From positions 8,030-72,029 of the forward strand of contig DATEOC010000079.1 of NCBI GenBank assembly GCA_035274425.1: DNA of 64,000 bases. Direction: 5' to 3'. The notes below the pieces were generated by a model that saw nothing but the letters and a program-made list of their open reading frames with translations, ran no database searches and had not been told where the DNA came from. This DNA comes from Chloroflexia bacterium (GTDB lineage Bacteria; Chloroflexota; Chloroflexia; QHBQ01; JADMIH01). The translations under genes were made by a program, and so were the position numbers. Below are positions 57,703-64,000 of this stretch, one piece after another; positions within the stretch are counted from its first letter, which is position 1; each line of letters opens with the position of its first letter.

Positions 57703-57768
57703 CTCTGCTTTCCTTCCGTTAGCCTCAATATCACAATATAGCAGGTAGGGCATAGGTGATGCAACGCC

Positions 57769-57836
57769 GACGACAGACGAAGGACGAAAGACGAAGGAGC
57801 ATCTATTTTCGTCTTTCGTCCTTCGTCCTTCGTCCG
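57769..57836. repeat. Inverted pair of GACGAAR arrays (hairpin-forming) between aspS and the MFS gene
   Basis: gacgacagacgaaggacgaaagacgaagga-gcatctat-tttcgtctttcgtccttcgtccttcgtccg. Confidence 0.9.
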
Positions 57837-57845
57837 TTTCTATCG

Positions 57846-59144
57846 CTACGGTGCCAACCGATGCATGTCACGGGGGAAGAGGGTTGTCTCGCGTATGTTA
57901 GCTGCTTCTATGAGACGCGCTACCCATCGCTCGAGGCCGATGGCGAAGCCTCCATGTGGTGGCATACCGTACTTGAAGGCGTCCAGGTAGCTCTCCAATC
58001 CCTCAGGGCTTAGTTGTCGAGCGCCCAACGCCGCCAAATAGTCTTCGTACAGATGGAGTCGCTGGCCGCCCGTCACCAGTTCGAGGCCGCGAAAGAGAAG
58101 GTCGAAGCTGTTGGAGTAACCTGGCTTGTGAGGGTCAGGATGGGTGTAGAAGGGTCTCTTCACCATAGGGAAGCCGGTCACGAAGAGGAAATCTGAGCCA
58201 TACTCGCGTCTGGCCCACTCGCTCAACCAGCGCTCATGCGACGGTGCGAGATCCGGCTCTCCAATTACATCTTCGCCCGTCTCGCGTGCAATCATCTCCT
58301 GGGCGTCGGCAAAGTGGACCGAGGGGATCGAGGAGAGCACCTCCGGCAGCGTCAGCCCAAGAAGTGAGACAGCCTCCCCCGCTTCCACCCTGATCGCCTC
58401 CACCATGCCCATGATTACGCGCGTGAGACATGCCATGACCGTTGTATGGTCCTGGATGAAGCCCATCTCGGCATCGAGGGAGACATATTCGTTCAGGTGG
58501 CGGGGTGTGTCGTGCGGCTCGGCGCGAAAGACCGGCCCGACCTCGAAAACGCGCTCGAAGACCCCAACCATAGTTTGCTTGTAAAATTGGGGGCTTTGCG
58601 CCAGGTAGGCGGGCTTGCCGAAATAGTCTAGCGAGAAGACGTTAGCCCCACCCTCTGTAGCCGTGCCAACGATCTTAGGCGTCTGGATTTCAACAAAGCC
58701 CATCTCACGCAGAGTCGAGCGAAAGCCCTGCATCGAGGCAGACGCCAGGTGGAAGAGCGCCCTGTGGCGAGGGTGCCGCAGGGTGAGAGGCGCGAAGTCG
58801 AGGATGGTAGGCAAGGGAGCTTTGATAGCGGGGCGGAAAATATCGAGAGGGGGCGGATGGGAGGGCGCTATGACCTGGATAACAGGCTCGTGCACCTCCA
58901 CGCCGCCTGGGGCCTGCGCTTCGGCGCGCACGCCCCCCTCAACCCACAACACCGTCTCATTATGAAGCTCCGCCAGCTTCGCGACGAGGGTCGCGTCCTC
59001 CACCACGACCTGCGCCAGCCCTTTGGCGTCACGCAGGATAAGAAAGGTGACATGGGAAAGGCGTCTCAGCCTGTGCAGCCACCCTACCAGCCTGACCCGC
59101 TCGCCCAAATGCTCTTTGATGTCAGCAGTATAAATACGTTCCAT
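57846..59144 (-). CDS. aspS: Aspartate--tRNA ligase, archaeal/type-2 form (possibly non-discriminating)
   Basis: VRLVGWLHRLRRLSHVTFLILRDAKGLAQVV (OB fold), FRAEPHDTPRHLNEYVSLDAEMGF (class II motif 2) and GGFAIGLERWV (motif 3). The length of about 430 aa fits the type-2 form. ATG 59144 follows GAGGTG. Confidence 0.85.
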   Translation of the reverse strand: MERIYTADIKEHLGERVRLVGWLHRLRRLSHVTFLILRDAKGLAQVVVEDATLVAKLAELHNETVLWVEGGVRAEAQAPGGVEVHEPVIQVIAPSHPPPLDIFRPAIKAPLPTILDFAPLTLRHPRHRALFHLASASMQGFRSTLREMGFVEIQTPKIVGTATEGGANVFSLDYFGKPAYLAQSPQFYKQTMVGVFERVFEVGPVFRAEPHDTPRHLNEYVSLDAEMGFIQDHTTVMACLTRVIMGMVEAIRVEAGEAVSLLGLTLPEVLSSIPSVHFADAQEMIARETGEDVIGEPDLAPSHERWLSEWARREYGSDFLFVTGFPMVKRPFYTHPDPHKPGYSNSFDLLFRGLELVTGGQRLHLYEDYLAALGARQLSPEGLESYLDAFKYGMPPHGGFAIGLERWVARLIEAANIRETTLFPRDMHRLAP

Positions 59145-59197
59145 AGTAAGCACCTCAAAGATCAGAATGCATAACAACCCCAAGTGACAACTCCATT

Positions 59198-59240
59198 CGT
59201 CTGTCGTCACGCATCACGTTTCACGTTTCACGTTTCACGC
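59198..59240. repeat. Heptamer array (CGTCTGT, CGTCACG, CATCACG, TTTCACG x3) in the aspS 5' UTR
   Basis: cgtctgtcgtcacgcatcacgtttcacgtttcacgtttcacgc. Confidence 0.9.
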
Positions 59241-59270
59241 TAGCGTCCATACCCGTTTTGCCATGCATTC

Positions 59271-59562
59271 TTAAATAAAATACCCCTTCGCCATGCGGAC
59301 GAGGGGGCGCTCGTGGTGCCACCGCACTTTGCTGCCACTCGCTTGTCGAGCCACAGCCTCAAGCCCAATAACGGAGGCAACCCGTCAAGTCTTACTAAGG
59401 TCAATTGCCGCATCATACATCCGTCGTCCGTCGTCCAGCAACCAACCTTTTCTTACCTGCGCTCCGGAGGGTCTTCGCGGGTTCTGGGTGCTGCCATCTC
59501 AGCGCCGGCAGCTCTCTGATACCGAGGTTAGCTCGCTACTCTTCTCCATCACAGCTTTCGTA
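59271..59562 (-). promoter_or_regulatory. T-box riboswitch leader with Asp (GAC) specifier
   Basis: Minus-strand features: a purine-rich Stem-I base (GUGAUGGAGAAGAGUAGC), the AGAGAG element, and specifier context GCGAA-GAC-C (GAC at 59473-59471). The T-box sequence is AAAGUGCGGUGGCACCACGAG (59330-59311), whose UGGC fits a G73 discriminator. The terminator is CCCCUCG...CGAAGGGG followed by UAUUUUAUUU. Confidence 0.8.
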
Positions 59563-59567
59563 AGGAC

Positions 59568-59597
59568 AGGATACAAGAGGGGCGATAAAGCTGTCAA
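59568..59597 (-). promoter_or_regulatory. Candidate promoter of the T-box/aspS transcript
   Basis: Minus strand reads TTGACA-18 nt-TATCCT, directly upstream of the leader. Confidence 0.5.
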
Positions 59598-59676
59598 TCG
59601 GGCTATGGAAGTAAGAAGGTGTTGTTGAGTAGCGATAAGGAAGTTGAAGTCTCGCTTTACGAAGCACATCTTTCTT

Positions 59677-59756
59677 TGTCATTCCGAGCGCAGTGAGGAA
59701 TCTCCGAGCTTGCCAGGTGGAGGCATTTTTAGATTCCTCACTCCGTTCGGAATGAC
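59677..59756. repeat. TGTCATTC...GAATGACA inverted-repeat element, copy 3
   Basis: tgtcattccgagcgcagtgaggaatct-(27 nt)-agattcctcactccgttcggaatgaca. Confidence 0.9.
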
Positions 59757-59824
59757 ACTCTTTTTACTTTCGTTGTTACCCACCCTTTAAGAGTCATCAG
59801 TGACAAGGCTGAACCAGGGGCTAT

Positions 59825-59832
59825 GATATAAT
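59825..59832 (+). promoter_or_regulatory. Extended -10 element (TGaTATAAT) 5 nt upstream of the deacetylase ATG, a leaderless-transcript candidate
   Basis: ctaTGaTATAATctcgcATG. No SD sequence is possible in the 5-nt gap. Confidence 0.35.
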
Positions 59833-59837
59833 CTCGC

Positions 59838-60911
59838 ATGAGCAACCCACTTACGGGCGTGGATAAGGAAGTCGCGCTCTTTTACCACCCTGCTTCTTTG
59901 GAGCATGATACAGGTTATCACCCTGAGTCGCCTGATAGACTGAGGGCCATTATTGCTGAGCTTGAGCGGCGCGGGGTGCCTGAAAGCAAGCTGGTGAGGC
60001 CGGAGCCTGTAGACCTGGAGCTGCTGGCGGAGGTACACGATCCTCGATACATAGCCGCAGTCGAGAAGGTAGCGCAGAGGGGCGGCGGGTACTGGGATAT
60101 GGACACCTACATCTCGCCAGGGTCGTACAGGGCAGCCGTACTGGCGGCGGGGGCGGCTACGGCGGCGGTAGACAGCGCGATGGCAGGGCGCACAGGGTTC
60201 GCCCTGGTGAGGCCACCTGGGCACCACGCGCTGCACGCCTCTGCGATGGGCTTCTGTCTCTTCAACAACGTAGCGGTGGCCGCGCAGCACGCTATCAGGA
60301 CGCACGAGCTAGAGCGGGTGCTGATCGTCGATTGGGATGTGCATCACGGGAACGGCACGCAGGACTATTTCTATGAGCGTCAAGATGTGCTCTTCTTCAG
60401 TGTCCACCAGTACCCATTTTATCCGGGCACGGGCGCGGCTGGCGATATAGGATTGGGTGCAGGCAACGGCTACACAGTCAACGTACCTCTCAGGGGAGGC
60501 GTAGGCGACGAAGGATACGGCAAGGTATTCGACGAGGTGCTCGCGCCAGTAGCATTGCATTACAGGCCGCAAATGATAGTGGTATCGGCGGGGTATGACG
60601 CCCACATCGCGGACCCGATTGGCGGGATGGCGGTTAGCGTAGCGGGCTTCTACGGCATGGCAGCAAAGGTAAAGCGGCTGGCTGAGGATATAGAGGAGTG
60701 CGAAGGAAGAGTGGCGGCTGTGCTTGAAGGGGGTTATAATGTCGAGGCGCTGGCCGCCTCGGTGGTGGCGACGATAGCAGCATGGCAACCAGGTAAGGGG
60801 TCATCAGCAGCAGAAGCAAGTGAGTACGCTCAACCCGATGCACCTACAAGGCGCAGAGAACCCGACACTAGCCATATCATAGGTGAGATACGCAAGATAC
60901 ACGGGCTGTAA
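59838..60911 (+). CDS. Histone deacetylase-family (acetoin utilisation/acetylpolyamine amidohydrolase-like) protein
   Basis: HPESPDRL, RPPGHHA, GFCLFNNVA, DWDVHHGNGTQ, GYD.H..D and EGGY motifs. Confidence 0.85.
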   Translation: MSNPLTGVDKEVALFYHPASLEHDTGYHPESPDRLRAIIAELERRGVPESKLVRPEPVDLELLAEVHDPRYIAAVEKVAQRGGGYWDMDTYISPGSYRAAVLAAGAATAAVDSAMAGRTGFALVRPPGHHALHASAMGFCLFNNVAVAAQHAIRTHELERVLIVDWDVHHGNGTQDYFYERQDVLFFSVHQYPFYPGTGAAGDIGLGAGNGYTVNVPLRGGVGDEGYGKVFDEVLAPVALHYRPQMIVVSAGYDAHIADPIGGMAVSVAGFYGMAAKVKRLAEDIEECEGRVAAVLEGGYNVEALAASVVATIAAWQPGKGSSAAEASEYAQPDAPTRRREPDTSHIIGEIRKIHGL

Positions 60912-60960
60912 CGAAACGCGCACTGTAGAATAAGCCTTACCATCCAATCACAACAAACTA

Positions 60961-61045
60961 TGCGCACTCTGCGTCTCTGCGGTGAATAAAGGGTAAACCA
61001 TTAAAGAACCTTGGCGCTCTTGGTAATCTTGGCGTCTTGGCGTTT
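60961..61045. repeat. Composite array: CTCTGCG heptamers ending GGTGAA, then CTTGGCG-type units
   Basis: tgcgcactctgcgtctctgcggtgaa...cttggcgctcttggtaatcttggcgtcttggcgttt. Confidence 0.85.
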
Positions 61046-61069
61046 AAGCAATTTGAAAGGGGTCAGGGT

Positions 61070-62275
61070 ATGGTGGATATGCTCAGGTCATCTAAGGACG
61101 ATGACCAGCGTAGGCGAGACGAGTCGCAGCTTTACACGATCCAGCAGCAGCTTGACGAGTTGCGCCGCCAGCTGAAGGAGAACCTTGCCCGGCAGCAGTG
61201 GTTCGAGGAGCTTTACAAGCAGGGAGAGGGGCGGATCGCCCAATTGCAACAGGCGCAGGACCGCATGTCTCAGGACGTAGCCCAGGCGCTGCACGCCCGG
61301 CAGATAGACGACAGCCGCACCAAGGCCCAGATATCGGAGCTTGCTATCAAGCTGGAAGCGCCCGATAAGCAGATACGAGACTTGAGAGCGCAGGTCCACG
61401 ACCTTTCGGAGTCGCGTAAGACCGAGCGCGATTCCGGTGCCGCCAGCCAGCGCCAGATAGACGACCTGCACCGCCAGATACGCGAGACGAACGCCCACAT
61501 CAGCAAGACCGACGACGCCCTCAAGCAGTTGCGCGAGCTTTTCTCAGAGATACAGGGGAGCATAAGCGAGGTGCGCCAGGAGACGGTCCACATAGTGGAA
61601 CTCCAACGCATGGAGGAGCAGAGGCTGCGCCGCCAGGGTATGGAGCTACAGGGGCTGTTTGAAGCATTGAGGCAGCAATTCACCGAGATAGCGGCCAGAT
61701 CGCAGCGCGTAGATGAGGTACGCCACCAACTGACCGAGCGCATTGATGCAATCGAAGTAAAGATGGAACCGATGCGCGATGAAGGGGACGACCTCCGCAA
61801 GGAGCTACAGCGCATCGAGACGCTGGCGACCGAGCAGTATATGGAGGAGCAGAGCAGGCTTGAGACTGTTCGGCTGCAACTGGAGACGCAGATAGGCGAG
61901 ATGCGCCAGATAACTGACCAGCGCACTGACCGCTATATGTCGCGCCTGAGCACTATTGACGAGAAGCTAAGGGATTTAGACCAGGCCTTGAGTGAGTTCC
62001 CCAGCAGATTTGAGGCGCTAGAGCGGCAGGACGAGATGATAGGGGCAGAAACTGATACGATAGAAGAGTGGCTGGTGATGCGCCAAATAGCGGCTATGGA
62101 GGGGGTACTGGACGAGGTGCGCAAGCGCCGCGCCGAGCGCGCCCCCAACTTGAACCCGCAGGTGCGCCCCGATCCACCGCCCGACCCGATCCCCGGCTCT
62201 ATATATAACCCCTCCGGCCTGATAAAGAGCGTGCGCGACGCAAGGCCACCCTCGCGCAGAGTGGACGAGGAGTAA
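61070..62275 (+). CDS. Long coiled-coil protein, unknown function
   Basis: About 400 aa, dominated by heptad-like E/R/Q/L-rich sequence (QQLDELRRQLKENLARQQWFEELYKQ...) with a Pro-rich C-terminal tail. Start at MVDML (AAAGGGG upstream). Confidence 0.6.
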   Translation: MVDMLRSSKDDDQRRRDESQLYTIQQQLDELRRQLKENLARQQWFEELYKQGEGRIAQLQQAQDRMSQDVAQALHARQIDDSRTKAQISELAIKLEAPDKQIRDLRAQVHDLSESRKTERDSGAASQRQIDDLHRQIRETNAHISKTDDALKQLRELFSEIQGSISEVRQETVHIVELQRMEEQRLRRQGMELQGLFEALRQQFTEIAARSQRVDEVRHQLTERIDAIEVKMEPMRDEGDDLRKELQRIETLATEQYMEEQSRLETVRLQLETQIGEMRQITDQRTDRYMSRLSTIDEKLRDLDQALSEFPSRFEALERQDEMIGAETDTIEEWLVMRQIAAMEGVLDEVRKRRAERAPNLNPQVRPDPPPDPIPGSIYNPSGLIKSVRDARPPSRRVDEE

Positions 62276-62276
62276 T

Positions 62277-62312
62277 GTGGAGTGCGGAGTGCGGAGTGCG
62301 GAGTGCGGAATG
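62277..62312. repeat. Heptamer array GAGTGCG x4.5
   Basis: gtggagtgcggagtgcggagtgcggagtgcggaatg. Confidence 0.95.
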
Positions 62313-62364
62313 ATTTTGAACGGAGGAGTGTAGAATTAGGCGAATAGGGTTGGGGGATATTCGA

Positions 62365-62721
62365 ATGAAGAACGAGAACCTTAAGGCTCGCACTAAGGGA
62401 TATGCGTTACGGATAATTCGCCTCGTTGGGACTTTATCGAAAGACCGCACCGTAGATGTTCTCGCCAGGCAGTTACTTCGTGCCGGAACTTCAGTAGGAG
62501 CCAATTATAGAGCCGCTTGCCGCGCCAAATCCACCGCCGATTTTATTGCAAAGATGGGCATAGTAGAGGAAGAAGCAGACGAGTCCCTATACTGGATGGA
62601 ATTACTGATTGACGGAGATTTCGTTCCAGAAGCACGTTTGACGGAGCTAATGCAGGAGGGCAACGAGATTATAGCTATTGTCGTTGCCTCAATCCGAGCC
62701 GCAAGAAACGCAAAGGCATGA
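62365..62721 (+). CDS. Four-helix-bundle protein (23S rRNA intervening-sequence protein family)
   Basis: ARTKGYALRIIRLVGTLSKDRTVDVLARQLLRAGTSVGANYRAACRAKSTADFIAKMGIVEEEADESLYWMELL is the family signature. The stop overlaps the rsmA ATG (ATGA). Confidence 0.8.
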   Translation: MKNENLKARTKGYALRIIRLVGTLSKDRTVDVLARQLLRAGTSVGANYRAACRAKSTADFIAKMGIVEEEADESLYWMELLIDGDFVPEARLTELMQEGNEIIAIVVASIRAARNAKA

Positions 62722-63638
62722 TCCGGCATTCAACAGTCAAAAACACTCCGCACTCCGCAGGTTCTTGGGCTACGCCCAATTCAGGCACTCCGCACTCCCC
62801 GAAGAAGAGCCTGGGCCAGCATTTCCTCAAGGACCGCTCGGTGCCGCCGAGGATCGTGGAAGGCGCGGGAGTTGAGGCGGGGGATTGCATAGTGGAGGTG
62901 GGGCCGGGGCTTGGGGTGCTGACGGAGGAGATAGCCCGTAAGCTCGACCCTGAGCGCGGCGGGAAGTTGGTGGCGGTGGAACTCGATAGCACCCTGCTGC
63001 CGGTGCTGGAGGAGCGATTCGGGGATAGCGCCCACGTCAGCTTCGTTCATGCGGACGTGCTCGATATGCCGCCTCAAGAGTTGGCGGGTGAGCGAGCGTA
63101 CAAGGTGGTGGCTAACCTCCCTTATTACATCACCTCAGCGGTGCTGCGGCACTTCCTTGAGGCTGAGAAGAAACCGCAGTCCCTGACGGTGATGGTGCAG
63201 CGTGAGGTCGCGGAGCGCATGGTGGCGAAGCCGCCGGAGATGAGTCTGCTGGCTGTGGCCGTGCAGTTCTATGGGAAGCCTAAAGTGCTCTTTCGAGTAC
63301 CGCCTGGTGCGTTCAAGCCGCCGCCGAAGGTCGACTCCGCGGTTGTACGGATTGACGTGTACGCCTCTGGTGAGAGGCCGGTCCCCGTTGGGAGTGAGGA
63401 AGGATTCTTCCGGGTAGTGAGGGCAGGCTTCGGTCAGAAGCGTAAGCAGCTTGGGAATACGCTGGCGACGGGGCTGGAACTGCCAAAAGAGAGCGTAGCC
63501 GGTCGCCTTATAGAAGCGGGCATACAGCCATCCCGAAGGGCAGAAACGCTGTCACTTGAGGAGTGGGGGAGAGTCAACGAAACATTGGTCCAAAGTTCAA
63601 GGTTCAAAGTCCAAAGTCACTTGAACCTTGAACCTTGA
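62718..63638 (+). CDS. rsmA: 16S rRNA (adenine1518/1519-N6)-dimethyltransferase
   Basis: KKSLGQHFLKDRSV...VEVGPGLGVLTEEIA...VANLPYYITS...PPKVDSAVVRI. Repeat arrays encode part of the N-terminal ~28 aa and the last ~17 aa. Confidence 0.9.
   Translation: MIRHSTVKNTPHSAGSWATPNSGTPHSPKKSLGQHFLKDRSVPPRIVEGAGVEAGDCIVEVGPGLGVLTEEIARKLDPERGGKLVAVELDSTLLPVLEERFGDSAHVSFVHADVLDMPPQELAGERAYKVVANLPYYITSAVLRHFLEAEKKPQSLTVMVQREVAERMVAKPPEMSLLAVAVQFYGKPKVLFRVPPGAFKPPPKVDSAVVRIDVYASGERPVPVGSEEGFFRVVRAGFGQKRKQLGNTLATGLELPKESVAGRLIEAGIQPSRRAETLSLEEWGRVNETLVQSSRFKVQSHLNLEP
62744..62800. repeat. CACTCCG heptamers (reverse complement of the 62277 array) in two blocks inside the rsmA 5' coding region
   Basis: cactccgcactccgca (62744-62759) and gcactccgcactcccc (62785-62800). 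Confidence 0.85.
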
Positions 63639-63690
63639 ACCTTGAACCTTGAACCTTGAACCTTGAACCTTGAACTTTGAACCTTAAACT
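63588..63690. repeat. Octamer arrays CAAAGTYC x4 followed by the inverse unit GAACCTTG x8-9
   Basis: gtccaaagttcaaggttcaaagtccaaagtcacttgaaccttgaaccttgaaccttgaaccttgaaccttgaaccttgaactttgaaccttaaac. Confidence 0.95.
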
Positions 63691-64000
63691 ATGATTACAG
63701 AACACGCTTACGCCAAGTTAAACCTGAGCCTCGAAGTGCTGGGGCAAAGGGCGGATGGGTATCACGACCTCGTATCGGTGATGCAGCTTATCGAGTTGCA
63801 CGATACCCTGGTGTTCAATAGAGCGGATGAGTTAGAGGTGGAATGCGATGACGCTGACCTGGCGGCTGTAAAGGAAGCGAATCTTGTGTGGAGAGCGGCA
63901 CGCCTGCTGCAAGACAGTGCCGGCGTGCGAGCAGGCGCACGAATAGTCCTCTGGAAGCGGATACCGATGTCGGCGGGTATGGGAGGGGGGAGCAGCGATG
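63691..64000 (+). CDS. ispE: 4-diphosphocytidyl-2-C-methyl-D-erythritol kinase (5' part; continues beyond the window)
   Basis: My own translation reads MITEHAYAKLNLSLEVLGQRADGYHDLVSVMQLIELHDTL...IVLWKRIPMSAGMGGGSSD, a GHMP kinase motif. rsmA-ispE adjacency is common in bacteria. Confidence 0.85.
   Translation, partial: MITEHAYAKLNLSLEVLGQRADGYHDLVSVMQLIELHDTLVFNRADELEVECDDADLAAVKEANLVWRAARLLQDSAGVRAGARIVLWKRIPMSAGMGGGSSD

Noticed and set aside
59293-59628. A 111-aa plus-strand ORF. I also considered tmRNA, RNase P RNA or SRP RNA for this ~350-nt non-coding stretch.
   Set aside because: The minus strand reads as a complete T-box leader (specifier, T-box sequence, terminator) directly upstream of aspS. 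I found no tmRNA tag frame with a CCA end, no RNase P P4 motif (GAGGAAAGUCC), and no SRP domain IV motif.

Overview
This is a GC-rich bacterial chromosomal segment (GC judged by eye, not computed). Several things suggest a Chloroflexota-like filamentous bacterium: the gene content, an archaeal-type AspRS behind a T-box leader, RNase J, an SLH/FG-GAP surface protein and the repeat landscape. That taxonomy is inference only. About 55 protein-coding genes are supported. Housekeeping genes are ftsK, rnj, a family-4 UDG, uvrB, metK, ahcY, mtnA, pncB, aspS, rsmA and the 5' end of ispE. There is also a GDP-sugar cluster. Four related secreted proteins of about 810-844 aa carry a family-5 solute-binding domain plus a duplicated N-terminal module. 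They have no ABC transporter partners in the window and are interleaved with SAM-cycle genes. Accessory content includes two type II TA modules: an HTH antitoxin with MazF, and MntA with HepT, where hepT is broken by an in-frame TAG. It also includes a SUKH(SMI1/KNR4) gene next to an SNase-Excalibur nuclease, a Uma2 endonuclease, a tyrosine recombinase with an atypical active site, an orphan sigma-like gene in an AT-rich islet, and a four-helix-bundle (23S IVS family) gene. Two cis-regulatory RNAs can be read directly from the sequence. One is a SAM-I riboswitch with terminator ahead of mtnA, a PfkB kinase, a receiver gene and ahcY. The other is an Asp-specific T-box ahead of aspS. The most striking non-genic signal is more than 20 arrays of tandem 7-nt or 8-nt units at almost every gene boundary, some of them translated into gene termini. 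Three further dispersed palindromic repeat families are present. I recognised no rRNA, tRNA, CRISPR array, transposase or prophage. All protein family calls come from motif recognition by eye, not database searches, and repeat coordinates are accurate to within a few nt.
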